This document shows positions 37,277 to 46,848 of a stretch of DNA of 64,000 bases, piece by piece. Source of the DNA: Pseudomonadota bacterium (GTDB lineage: Bacteria > Pseudomonadota > Gammaproteobacteria > Pseudomonadales > Oleiphilaceae); contig JAXHVJ010000003.1 in NCBI GenBank assembly GCA_034189235.1, positions 7,828 through 71,827 on the forward strand. Reading direction: 5' to 3'. Below the pieces are notes generated by a model. It saw only the letters and a list, made by a program, of their open reading frames with translations. It ran no database searches and had not been told where the DNA came from. The first letter of the stretch is position 1. Each line of letters begins with the position of its first letter. A program made the position numbers and the translations under genes.

Positions 37277-39472
37277 TTGAAAACTCTGGTTATCCTGCTT
37301 CTGTGCCTGCTGACGCCGGCATCCCTGCTGGCGCAAGAGCGTGAGCGTGCCCGGGTCGGTCTGGTGCTCAGCGGTGGCGGGGCCAAGGGCATGGCCCATG
37401 TGGGGGTGCTTCGGGTGCTGGAGGAAATGAATATTCCGGTGGATGTGGTGGTGGGCACCAGCGCCGGCGCGGCCGTTGGTGCCCTTTACGCCTCCGGCAT
37501 GCCGGTTGCCCGGATTGAGGAACGCTTCATCGAAATGGACTGGCTGTCCAGTTTCCGTGACGACCCGGGCCGGGCCTACAAACCGATCCGGCGCAAACAG
37601 GATGATTGGCGGTTTCCGGTTCTGCCCGGTATCGGCGTCCGTGCCGATGGTCTGCATGTCGGAGGCGGGATTGTCGCCGGTCAGAACCTGGGGTTCATCC
37701 TCAACGAACTGACCCGGAATGCCGCCCTGGTGGAGGACTTTGACCGGCTGGCGATTCCGTTCCGGGCGGTGGCGACCGACCTGGCCACTGGCGAGCAGGT
37801 GGTGATCGGCCGCGGCAACCTGGCCGAGGCGGTCCGCGCAAGCATGAGTATTCCGGGTGTCTACGCCCCGGTGGAGCTGGACGACCGCCTGCTGGTGGAC
37901 GGGGGTGTCGCCAACAACCTGCCGGTGAGTGTGGCCAGGGAGTTGGGCGCGGAGGTGATCATCGCGGTGGATATCACCGACCCGCTCACGGAGACCGATG
38001 ATCTGAGGGATGCCTTTTCCGTGGTGGGCCAGCTTACCACCCTGTTGACCCGCCGCAATACGGACCAGCAGCTGGACCTGCTTGGCGAGCAGGACATCCT
38101 GATCCGTCCGGATCTGCAGGGTTACACCTCGGCCGATTTCTACCAGGCTCCGCTGCTGTTCGAGCTGGGCGCGACCGCCGCCCGCAACCACGCCAGCGAG
38201 CTGAGACCTTTGCAGGTTTCACGCACCGAGTGGACGGCCTACAAGGCCCGGATGTCCACCCGGGCCTTCAGTGCCGACCCGATTGCCCGCATCGAGATCG
38301 AGAATACCCGACGGCTGGCCCGGGATTTCCTGCGGGAGCGGATCCGCCAGCCCGTCGGTGAGCCCCTCGATGTTCCTGCCCTGGAAGAGGATCTCAAACG
38401 CATCTACGGTCTTGGCTACTACGAAACCGTTTCCTACTCGCTGTCCCCCTCGCCGGATGGCACGGTGCTGGTGATCCGGCCCCGGGAAAAGACCTGGGGG
38501 CCCAATTACCTGTCCTTCGGCCTCGGCTACGAGGACAATTTCGATGGCGAAACCCGTTTCAATATCGCCTCTGCATTGCGTATGACCGAACTCAACCGGC
38601 TTGGCGGTGAGTGGTATACCGGCTTGCAGCTGGGTACCGAACCCTGGGTCAGGACCCAGTGGTATCAGCCCCTGGACTACGGCTACGACCGCTTCCTGGT
38701 GCTCGGTGGTGAGTATTCCCGGGACAACCTTGCCGTTTATGACAAGGCTGGCCAAAAGATCGCCGAGGTGGATGTCACCTTTCGTACCGCGGATCTGGCG
38801 CTGGGAATGGAGCTGGGCAGTGATGCCGAAGCCCGGCTGATCTACACCCGTGGCTATGCCACGGTGGATGAAAAAGTGGGGGAGCCGGTCGCCCCGGATG
38901 ACGCCATCCACCAGGGCAACGTAACGCTGCGACTGGTCCATGATTCCCTGAATGATGCATTCTTTCCGACCGCCGGGGCTTTTGCCGGTGTGAAAGCCCG
39001 GTTCGAGCGGGAAGATCTTGGCTCGGACCGGCATTTTGACTCGGTAACCACCCTTCTTCTGGATACCGGAAGCTGGCAGGGCCTGACCCTGACGGGACTG
39101 GTGTTTGCCAAGGATGTTACCCGGGGCGAGGCCGGGGTCGAGAATCACGTCCGGTTGGGTGGCTTCCGGCGGCTGTCGGCGTTCGCCCCCGGTGAGATCA
39201 CAGGTGAGAGCGCGGCCATGGCGGCCGCTTACGCCAGCCAGCGTTTTGGTGGGCCGCTGGTGCCCTGGTTTGCGGGGTTCGGGTTCGAGACGGGCAACGC
39301 CTGGGATTCCCTGAGTGATGCCAGCTGGGACCGCTCAGTCCGATCCTGGAGCCTGTTTGCCGGGGTGAACACCTTCCTGGGGCCGGTTCAGCTGGCGGGC
39401 GCGTACAACAACGAGGATAACTGGAGCGCGTACCTCAACATCGGCTTCTCTTTCACCCAGCTGTTCTACTGA
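37277..39472 (+). CDS. Patatin-like phospholipase fused to a POTRA/Omp85 beta-barrel (PlpD-like, type Vd secretion)
   Basis: TTG start and signal peptide. Patatin motifs SGGGAKG, GTSAG and DGG. C-terminal barrel-like region ending in the aromatic residues ...FSFTQLFY. Confidence 0.85.
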   Translation: MKTLVILLLCLLTPASLLAQERERARVGLVLSGGGAKGMAHVGVLRVLEEMNIPVDVVVGTSAGAAVGALYASGMPVARIEERFIEMDWLSSFRDDPGRAYKPIRRKQDDWRFPVLPGIGVRADGLHVGGGIVAGQNLGFILNELTRNAALVEDFDRLAIPFRAVATDLATGEQVVIGRGNLAEAVRASMSIPGVYAPVELDDRLLVDGGVANNLPVSVARELGAEVIIAVDITDPLTETDDLRDAFSVVGQLTTLLTRRNTDQQLDLLGEQDILIRPDLQGYTSADFYQAPLLFELGATAARNHASELRPLQVSRTEWTAYKARMSTRAFSADPIARIEIENTRRLARDFLRERIRQPVGEPLDVPALEEDLKRIYGLGYYETVSYSLSPSPDGTVLVIRPREKTWGPNYLSFGLGYEDNFDGETRFNIASALRMTELNRLGGEWYTGLQLGTEPWVRTQWYQPLDYGYDRFLVLGGEYSRDNLAVYDKAGQKIAEVDVTFRTADLALGMELGSDAEARLIYTRGYATVDEKVGEPVAPDDAIHQGNVTLRLVHDSLNDAFFPTAGAFAGVKARFEREDLGSDRHFDSVTTLLLDTGSWQGLTLTGLVFAKDVTRGEAGVENHVRLGGFRRLSAFAPGEITGESAAMAAAYASQRFGGPLVPWFAGFGFETGNAWDSLSDASWDRSVRSWSLFAGVNTFLGPVQLAGAYNNEDNWSAYLNIGFSFTQLFY

Positions 39473-39486
39473 CGGCGCAGCTCATC

Positions 39487-40920
39487 CTAAAGCAGGGGTG
39501 CACTCAGGCGGATGGCCCGGCAAGCGAGTCGGAACAGGATTGAACGGTCCCGGTAGTCGCTCCCGGTCATCCGGCGGCAACTTTTCAGGTCCTCCTCCAG
39601 CATCTGTTCCACATCGGACACGAATTGTCGGCAGGTGTTGATGGCGGTGATCTCGAAGTTCAGGCGCATGGAACGGTTGTCCAGGTTGGCCGTACCCACC
39701 GCGGCATAGCGGTCGTCCACCAGCACCACCTTCTGGTGCATGAAGCCCGGCTGATAGCGATAGATGCCGATACCCGCCTGGCTGGCCTGCACCAGATAGG
39801 AATAGGCAGCCAGCTTGACCAGATGGTTGTCCGGAGTTTCCGGAATCAGGATGCGAACATCGATGCCCCGGAGCGCCGCAAGTTGCAGGGCATTCATGAT
39901 CTGGAAGTCCGGGACGAAGTAGGGTGAGGCAATCCAGATCCGGGACCGGGCATTGTTGATGCAGTTCAGGAAGAAGAGGGTGCACGTTTCCCAGGTGTCG
40001 GCCGGTCCGGTGGGAAGGATCAGCACCTCCTGGTCGCCCGGTGTGTGCTCGCCGGCGCTCCAGTCCAGGTTGGGCAGCCGGTCGCTGGCCCAGTTCCAGT
40101 CCTCCAGCCACGCCAGCTGGAGACCGCTCACCGCCGGGCCCTCGATCCGGCAGTGGGTGTCCCGCAGGGGATCCTGATCCATGGCAGTACCCAGGTATTC
40201 ATCACCCAGATTGATGCCGCCGACAAAGCCGACCCTGCCGTCGCATACCAGCAGCTTCCGGTGATTGCGGAAGTTGATCTGGAACCGTCGGCGGCGGATG
40301 TTGCCATCGCCGAACGAGGCGACCCGGGCGCCGGCCCGGGACAGTTCCCGCAGATAACGGCGGGGCAGGAAGGCGCTGCCGATGTCATCGTACAGGAACC
40401 ACACCTCCACGCCCTGGGCGAGTTTCCGTTCCAGGATCGACTTGATGCGCTGGCCGACCCGGTCCGAGCGGACAATATAGAACTCCAGGAGGATGTAGCG
40501 TCGGGCATCCTCCATGGCTTCGAACAGAGCCTCGAAGGTGGCTTCACCGTCCCGCAGCAGGGTACAGCGGTTGCCATCGGTAAAGGGTTGGCGGCCAAGT
40601 TTGCACAACACCTGCAGCTCATCCGCGAAACGGTCGCTGCCGGTGGCCGGAATCGAGGTGGTCTGTTGTTCAAACCGGTTCAGCAGCGCGGTGAGGGATT
40701 CGTCCCCCATACGCCTGGCCCTCACGTAGCCACCGAACCGGTTCCGGCCGATCAGCAGAAACAGGGGCACGGTGACGTAGGGAATGCCGAGCAGGCCTAT
40801 GATCCAGGCTATGGCCCCCTGGGGTGTGCGGTAGGTCAGCAGGATACGGTAGATGCATGCCAGTGCGCCCAGGTAAAACAGGCCGACAGCAATCGCAATC
40901 AGGGATAAGCCCTCCGTCAT
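39487..40920 (-). CDS. clsA: Cardiolipin synthase
   Basis: Two N-terminal TM helices and two HKD motifs (NHRKLLVCDG..GGINLGDEY; MHQKVVLVDD..GTANLDNRS). Confidence 0.9.
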   Translation of the reverse strand: MTEGLSLIAIAVGLFYLGALACIYRILLTYRTPQGAIAWIIGLLGIPYVTVPLFLLIGRNRFGGYVRARRMGDESLTALLNRFEQQTTSIPATGSDRFADELQVLCKLGRQPFTDGNRCTLLRDGEATFEALFEAMEDARRYILLEFYIVRSDRVGQRIKSILERKLAQGVEVWFLYDDIGSAFLPRRYLRELSRAGARVASFGDGNIRRRRFQINFRNHRKLLVCDGRVGFVGGINLGDEYLGTAMDQDPLRDTHCRIEGPAVSGLQLAWLEDWNWASDRLPNLDWSAGEHTPGDQEVLILPTGPADTWETCTLFFLNCINNARSRIWIASPYFVPDFQIMNALQLAALRGIDVRILIPETPDNHLVKLAAYSYLVQASQAGIGIYRYQPGFMHQKVVLVDDRYAAVGTANLDNRSMRLNFEITAINTCRQFVSDVEQMLEEDLKSCRRMTGSDYRDRSILFRLACRAIRLSAPLL

Positions 40921-41126
40921 GATGATCTCCCGGAATCATCCGGGGCGGCGCCCGGCTGTTCGGCCCGACGCCGGGCCGGTGCCTGGCCGGTCCGGCGCTT
41001 GCGTGCCCGACCGAAGGCGCTGAGTCCGGAAAAGCCCGGCAGGAAAGCGATTTCGCCCGGGGCATGGTAGTCGGCGGCAACGCCGGGAGCAGGGGCTGCC
41101 AGGGTATCCGGGTGCGGGGAACTCAC
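40917..41126 (-). CDS. Possible small upstream ORF translationally coupled to cls (69 codons)
   Basis: GTG start 5 nt after AAGGA. The stop TGA overlaps the cls ATG (ATGA). High third-position GC, but the composition is Ala/Pro/Gly/Arg-rich, so it may be a GC artefact. Confidence 0.3.
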   Translation of the reverse strand: MSSPHPDTLAAPAPGVAADYHAPGEIAFLPGFSGLSAFGRARKRRTGQAPARRRAEQPGAAPDDSGRSS

Positions 41127-41352
41127 AACATTCCTTCTGAAAGTGAACAGGCTGTCATGGACACTGGTACAGAATGTCAGGCGTATGGGCCATACTTGTC
41201 AACGGCCTGTTTCCGATGCAACGATAGCATCATCCCATCAGGTTGGAGTAATGAATGCATACTTGCTTGATGGAGGTGTTGTATGGAACAGGAAATCTTT
41301 GTGCCCCATAGCAGGCGGGGACAATCCTTTTCAATGCGGAGGCTTTCTGTTC

Positions 41353-42150
41353 ATGAGTGTCGAGCTGAATCATCGAATCACCGGCGAAGGCAAACCCCTG
41401 GTCCTGTTGCATGGCCTGTTCGGGTCACTGGAAAACCTGGGAGGGATCGCGCGCCGGCTGCAGGATGAATGGCAGATTCACGCCCTGGACGAACGTAACC
41501 ACGGCAACTCCCCGCATACTGACAGCATGGACTACCCCTCCATGGCCGGGGATGTACTTGCCTACATGGATGCCCGGGGGCTCGACAAAGCTTCACTCCT
41601 GGGGCATTCCATGGGGGGCAAGGTGGCCATGCAGGTGGCCCTCATGGCGCCGGAGCGGGTGGAGAAAGTGATTGTGGCGGATATCGCGCCGGTCAGCTAC
41701 AAACCCCGCCACGACGCCATTCTCGAGGGGCTGAGAAGTCTTGACCTGACCCGCGTGCGCTCCCGTCGGGACGCCGACAGGCTGTTGGCGGAGTTCGTCG
41801 GGACGCCCGGCGTCCGGCAGTTCCTGCTGAAGAATCTGGAGCGGGTGCCCGGCGAAGAGCAGACTGCTGATGGCCCCATGTTCCGGTGGCGGCTGAATCT
41901 GCCGGTGATCGACGCCTGCTATGAGAAGCTGGCCAAAGCCCCCGAGGGTGACGGACCCTTCAACGGCCCGGTCCTGTTCCTCAAGGGCGCAGAATCCGCC
42001 TACATCCAGGAAAAGCACCGTGACCGGATCATGCGCCTGTTTCCTTCGGCCGAACTCCGGATCATTCAGGATACCGGTCACTGGCTGCATGCCGAAAAGG
42101 CCGATACCTTTGCGGCCCTTTGCCGCCGTTTCCTCGAGAGTGAGGACTGA
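41353..42150 (+). CDS. Alpha/beta-fold hydrolase (YbfF-like esterase)
   Basis: Start at MSVELNHRITGEGKPLVLLHGLFGS. Nucleophile elbow GHSMGG. C-terminal His in DTGHWLHAE. Confidence 0.8.
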   Translation: MSVELNHRITGEGKPLVLLHGLFGSLENLGGIARRLQDEWQIHALDERNHGNSPHTDSMDYPSMAGDVLAYMDARGLDKASLLGHSMGGKVAMQVALMAPERVEKVIVADIAPVSYKPRHDAILEGLRSLDLTRVRSRRDADRLLAEFVGTPGVRQFLLKNLERVPGEEQTADGPMFRWRLNLPVIDACYEKLAKAPEGDGPFNGPVLFLKGAESAYIQEKHRDRIMRLFPSAELRIIQDTGHWLHAEKADTFAALCRRFLESED

Positions 42151-42260
42151 TGCCTGAGCCGTCTGGCACGGTCTGTTTTCATGGTCTGGCCCGCGTCTGC
42201 TATGGTTAGGCCATTGTCATGGCGGGAGAACCGGAGAATAACAACAGTGGGGCGCACTTT

Positions 42261-43361
42261 ATGACACACCCTGTGAAGTGGTTTTTGATCGGGTTGCTGG
42301 TGGTGTTTATTATGCTCGGCAGTTTTCTGCTGACGCCGTCGCCCGTTGACAGCAAGGCCTGGGATCCGCCCTCGCCACCGCCTCTGACCGGTGCCCTGGC
42401 AGCCAACGAACGGCTTCGGCTGGCGGACCTGCTGGCCCGTGGCCAGGCCTATGGCCCGGAAGACACCACTGTCGGACCGGATGGCCTTCTTTACAGCGGT
42501 ACCCGGGACGGCTTCATCATCCGGGTCTTTCCGGACGGTCGCATGGAAAAGTGGCTCGAGACCGGCGGCCGCCCCTTGGGGATGGTGTTTGACCGCGAGG
42601 GCAACCTGATCGTTGCGGATGCCTGGAAAGGTCTGCTGTCCATTGCCCCGGACAAGACCATAACCGTGCTGGCCCGTGAAGCCGGGGGCACCCCGTTCCG
42701 GTTTACCAACGACGTGGACATCGGCCCGGATGGCACCATCTATTTTACCGATGCCAGTTCGCGTTTCCATCAGCCGGATTACCAGCTCGACCTGCTGGAA
42801 ATGCGCCCCCATGGACGCCTTCTGCGTTATTCGCCCCGCACCAGGCGGGCCGAGGTCATGCTCGGTAACCTGTACTTCGCCAACGGTGTCGCGGTTTCGC
42901 CGGACGGAGACTTTGTCCTCGTCAACGAGACCTGGAAATACCGTATCCTGCGCTATTGGCTGCAAGGCCCCCGGGCCGGTCGGGCCGAGGTATTTGCCGA
43001 CAACCTGCCAGGATTCCCCGATAACCTGGCGGTGGATGGAGATGGCCGTTACTGGGTGGCATTCCCCACACTGCGGAACGCCCGGGTTGATGCCCTGCAT
43101 CGGAGGCCCTGGCTCAAAGACCTGGTCGCGAAGCTGCCGGACAGCCTGAAACCTGCCCCGCAGGCGTATGGTCTGGTGGTGGCTTTCGACCGGTACGGCA
43201 ATCCGGTTACCAGCCTGCACGATACCCGCGGCACCCACCTGCAGGAAATCACCTCGGTGACTCCCCATGACGGGGTTCTGTACTTTGGTTCACTTCACAA
43301 CGACCGTATCGGGCGGCTACCGCTGCACGCCATTCCGGGGCTCGGAGACACTGACGAATGA
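42261..43361 (+). CDS. Strictosidine synthase / SMP-30-like beta-propeller protein with N-terminal membrane anchor
   Basis: TM anchor, then GPEDTTV..DG.LYSG, IYFTDAS and NGVAVSPDG repeats typical of the family. Confidence 0.72.
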   Translation: MTHPVKWFLIGLLVVFIMLGSFLLTPSPVDSKAWDPPSPPPLTGALAANERLRLADLLARGQAYGPEDTTVGPDGLLYSGTRDGFIIRVFPDGRMEKWLETGGRPLGMVFDREGNLIVADAWKGLLSIAPDKTITVLAREAGGTPFRFTNDVDIGPDGTIYFTDASSRFHQPDYQLDLLEMRPHGRLLRYSPRTRRAEVMLGNLYFANGVAVSPDGDFVLVNETWKYRILRYWLQGPRAGRAEVFADNLPGFPDNLAVDGDGRYWVAFPTLRNARVDALHRRPWLKDLVAKLPDSLKPAPQAYGLVVAFDRYGNPVTSLHDTRGTHLQEITSVTPHDGVLYFGSLHNDRIGRLPLHAIPGLGDTDE

Positions 43362-43831
43362 CCGCCGAACAGAACATTGACTGGGATCTGCCGGATCCCT
43401 TCACCCTCGAAATTACCGTGCGCGAGGAGGACACCGATCGCCTCGGGCACGCCAATAACGTGGTTTACGTCCGCTGGCTGGAAGACGTCAGCTGGGCTCA
43501 CATCCAGAGCCTGGGCATGACCTGGGAGTTGCACGAGGCCACTGGCAGGGCCATGGCGATTACCCGTACCGGGATCGATTATCTGGCTCCCGCCAACGCC
43601 GGGGACCGGCTCATCCTCGGTACCTGGCTCACCGGGTTTGACGGGCGCTTCCGTTCCTCCCGCCAATTCCAACTGGTGCGCCCGGCGGATGGCAAAACCC
43701 TGGTGCGGGCCGTCTCCACTCATGCCTGCGTCAACATGAAAACCCAGCGACCGTCGCGGGCACCGAAGGAGTTTGCCGAGATCCTGTCGGCCGCCTCGGT
43801 CAGCGGCGGCAAGGGCCTGGTCCGGAACTGA
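43358..43831 (+). CDS. Acyl-CoA thioesterase, hotdog fold (YbgC/4HBT family)
   Basis: EDTDRLGHANNVVYVRWLE motif. ATGA overlap with the upstream gene. Confidence 0.8.
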   Translation: MTAEQNIDWDLPDPFTLEITVREEDTDRLGHANNVVYVRWLEDVSWAHIQSLGMTWELHEATGRAMAITRTGIDYLAPANAGDRLILGTWLTGFDGRFRSSRQFQLVRPADGKTLVRAVSTHACVNMKTQRPSRAPKEFAEILSAASVSGGKGLVRN

Positions 43832-43852
43832 GTCTTCCCCCGGACCGGTTTT
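43819..43852 (+). terminator. Candidate intrinsic terminator after the thioesterase gene
   Basis: GGTCCGG ... CCGGACC stem followed by GGTTTTCT. Confidence 0.45.
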
Positions 43853-43967
43853 CTGCTAGTCTGAAAGCGTCTGCCTCAATTGGCACCGATAGTTACCATC
43901 GATAGTGAACCACCGATGTCTGGAGGGACCCGTGGAATTTACCAACGAAAACAATACCGATACTTCC

Positions 43968-44915
43968 ATGCGCCACGTGGTCTATGACCGTTTTGGTGAA
44001 CGGGATGTCCTGCAGGTGGTCGAGAGCCCGGTGCCACAGCCTGAGGATGGCCAGGTGCTGGTTCGGGTTCATGGTGCAGGCCTGAACCCCATTGACTGGA
44101 AGACCCGCAAGGGCCTGGGCTTTGCGGCGCGCCAGATCGAGAACTCGCTGCCGTGGACGCCCGGATATGATGTGGCCGGCGAGGTTGTCGCAGTGGGCGA
44201 CGGAGTCACTATCCTGGCACCGGGAGATCGCGTGATGGGCATGGTGGGGTTCCCGGCCGCCGGCGGAGGCTACGCCGAGTATGCCCTGGCTGCCGCCGAT
44301 GAGCTGGCGATCGTGCCGGAGGAACTGGACCTGGTGGCGGCCGGAGGCGTGCCCGTGGCGGCGCTGACGGCCTGGCAGGGGCTGTTCGAGATGGGCAAGC
44401 TGGAATCCGGGCAGAAGATCCTGATCCACGCCGGTGCCGGTGGTGTCGGCCATTTTGCGGTGCAGTTCGCCCTGGAGCGGGGTGCCCATGTGATTGCCAC
44501 GGCTTCCGCACGCAACCGTGATTTCCTGGCGGAACTGGGGGTTCATGAAGTGATCGATTACCACACCACCGACTTCGCCGATGAATGTTATGGCCTGGAC
44601 ATGGTGCTGGACCTGATAGGAGGGGATGCAGGCAAGCGTTCACTGCATACCCTGAGTGAAAGCGGTGTTCTGGTGACCATTCCCACGGTAACGGCGGACG
44701 AGATTATCAGCGCCGCCGAAGAGATGGGCCTGCGGGCCCATGGCATGACTGTACGCCCGGATGTCTTCCACCTGGAGGAGATTGCCGAGCTGATCGAGGA
44801 CGGCGATGTGCGGGTGCACGTCGACGGCCGGTTTACCCTCGATCAGGTGCGGGAAGCCCACGAAGCGCTTGAGGGTGGGCATGTCCGCGGCAAGCTGGTA
44901 CTGGACTGCCGCTGA
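43968..44915 (+). CDS. NADPH:quinone oxidoreductase / zinc-type MDR dehydrogenase
   Basis: Start at MRHVVYDRFG. GLNPIDWK and the Rossmann motif HAGAGGVGHFAVQFA. Confidence 0.85.
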   Translation: MRHVVYDRFGERDVLQVVESPVPQPEDGQVLVRVHGAGLNPIDWKTRKGLGFAARQIENSLPWTPGYDVAGEVVAVGDGVTILAPGDRVMGMVGFPAAGGGYAEYALAAADELAIVPEELDLVAAGGVPVAALTAWQGLFEMGKLESGQKILIHAGAGGVGHFAVQFALERGAHVIATASARNRDFLAELGVHEVIDYHTTDFADECYGLDMVLDLIGGDAGKRSLHTLSESGVLVTIPTVTADEIISAAEEMGLRAHGMTVRPDVFHLEEIAELIEDGDVRVHVDGRFTLDQVREAHEALEGGHVRGKLVLDCR

Positions 44916-44947
44916 GGGCTCTTGACGTCCGCTGAAGGCTCTGCCCC

Positions 44948-46828
44948 TCAGTCCTTTTCTGCCGCTTCTTCTTCCGCGTCTTCGGTCTCGGCCTTCGCGG
45001 CTTTCCCTCCGTTGTTTTTCTCCCTGCGTTCCTTCTGCGGCTGGGGCGGTACCAGGCTGATCAGCTCCCAGTCTTCCTCCGGTTTCAGATCTTCCATCTT
45101 GCACACCGGCGAGATGTAACCCTTGCTGTCGAACACAAACAGTACCAGGGCCTGGCGTTGGTATTTCTCCAGGAAATCCTGGTAGCTGAATTCCTCGCTC
45201 AGCCGGGTGGTCCTCACCGTATAGCCCTGGCTGGCCAGGCTGGCCAGCTTTGCATAGCTGACGCCGTCGAACAGGCCCCGGGTCATCTGGATCTTCTCCG
45301 CCGTCTGGTAACGGGCCTTCTGATCCTGCTCTCCTTCAGCCAGGCTGAATACACAGTTTTTTCCGAACCAGTCCAGGAAATAGTACGTGGCCAGCGCGTT
45401 CATGTGCTTGTAGGGGGAGATGACCAGCAGTTTGCCGATGCCGGTCAGGTCCAGGTGGGTCGAGGCGTGTTCCGACACAGGATTGCCGAAGTAGACCTGC
45501 AGATTATCCATCCGGGCCTGGCGCACGTTCTCCCAGTTGGTGTCGGCCAGGGTAACCGGAACCTCGTGTTTCTTCAGGGCCAGGGCAATCATCCGGGCGA
45601 CATTGTTGGCACCCAGGATCAGGAAGCCGTATGCGGCCGGTTCCGCGACATTGAGCAACCGTGCCACCGGGCGCGCCGTCAGGCCCTGCAGGGTGACGGT
45701 GGCAATGATCAGCATGAATACCAGTGGTACCAGGGTGCCGGAGCTTTCATAGCCGAGCTTCTGGAGCTGGAATGAGAACAACGCCGAGACCGCGGCCGCC
45801 ACGATACCCCGGGGTGCAATCCAGCCAAGGAACAGTTTTTCCCGGAGGTTGAGGTCGGTGCCGATGGCTGACAGGAAGATACTCAGGGGGCGCGCCACCA
45901 GCATCAGGGCGGCGAGGACCACGACCAGGCCCCGGCCCAGCTCGGCAATGGCGGAGAACTCCACCCTGGCAGCCAGGATGATGAACAGGGCGGAGATCAG
46001 CAGGACGCTGAGGGACTCCTTGAACTCGAGTATGCTTTCGGTTGGCACCCGCTTCATGTTGGCCATCCAGATGCCCATGATGGTGACGGTAAGCAGGCCG
46101 GATTCGTGGGCCAGTTCATTGGAAATGGCATAGGCCCCGAGCATGAAAGTCAGGGTGCCGGCATTGTGCAGGTACTGGGGCATCCAGTGCTTTCGCAGCA
46201 CCAGGCCGTTGAGATAGCCCGCGGCCGCCCCGATCAGGATACCCACCAGCAGGGTCTTGCCGAAGATATAGAGGGAGTGGCCGAAAACGTTACCCTGACC
46301 CCAGGAGACGATACCCTCGAATACCAGCACTGCGAGCAGCGCGCCCACCGGATCGATGATGATGCCTTCCCAGCGCAGGATGTTGGCCAGTCTGGACTTC
46401 GGGCGGACCGATCTCAGCAGGGGCGTAATCACGGTAGGACCGGTAACGATGGAAATGGCGCCGAACAGCAAGGCAACCTCCCAGGACACCCCAAGCGCCC
46501 AGCGTGCTACCAGGGTAGCAATCAGGCAGGTGACGACGGAGCCGACCGGCACCAGGTTGCGTACCATCTTGCCATGGCCGCGAATTTCCTCGTAGCGCAG
46601 AGTCAGGCTGCCCTCGAACAGGATTATGGCCACCGCCAGCGAAACCAACGGGAACAGCAGGTCCCCGAAGACCTGCTCCGGTACCAGGAAGCCGAAGAGC
46701 GGTCCCGCGGCAATACCGCCGGCCAGGAGGAACAGGATAGCGGGCATTCGTACCCGCCAGGCCAGCCACTGGCAGAACAGGGACAAGACGCCGATGCTGG
46801 CGAGAACCATGACAGTGCTGAGAGGCAT
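44948..46828 (-). CDS. Cation:proton antiporter (CPA1) with C-terminal RCK/TrkA-N-like domain
   Basis: ~11 TM helices with a Na+/H+ exchanger-like sequence, then FLILGANNVARMIALAL (Rossmann-like). Acidic/Lys-rich tail. Confidence 0.85.
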   Translation of the reverse strand: MPLSTVMVLASIGVLSLFCQWLAWRVRMPAILFLLAGGIAAGPLFGFLVPEQVFGDLLFPLVSLAVAIILFEGSLTLRYEEIRGHGKMVRNLVPVGSVVTCLIATLVARWALGVSWEVALLFGAISIVTGPTVITPLLRSVRPKSRLANILRWEGIIIDPVGALLAVLVFEGIVSWGQGNVFGHSLYIFGKTLLVGILIGAAAGYLNGLVLRKHWMPQYLHNAGTLTFMLGAYAISNELAHESGLLTVTIMGIWMANMKRVPTESILEFKESLSVLLISALFIILAARVEFSAIAELGRGLVVVLAALMLVARPLSIFLSAIGTDLNLREKLFLGWIAPRGIVAAAVSALFSFQLQKLGYESSGTLVPLVFMLIIATVTLQGLTARPVARLLNVAEPAAYGFLILGANNVARMIALALKKHEVPVTLADTNWENVRQARMDNLQVYFGNPVSEHASTHLDLTGIGKLLVISPYKHMNALATYYFLDWFGKNCVFSLAEGEQDQKARYQTAEKIQMTRGLFDGVSYAKLASLASQGYTVRTTRLSEEFSYQDFLEKYQRQALVLFVFDSKGYISPVCKMEDLKPEEDWELISLVPPQPQKERREKNNGGKAAKAETEDAEEEAAEKD

Positions 46829-46848
46829 AGGTTTTCAGGTCCTTTGAA

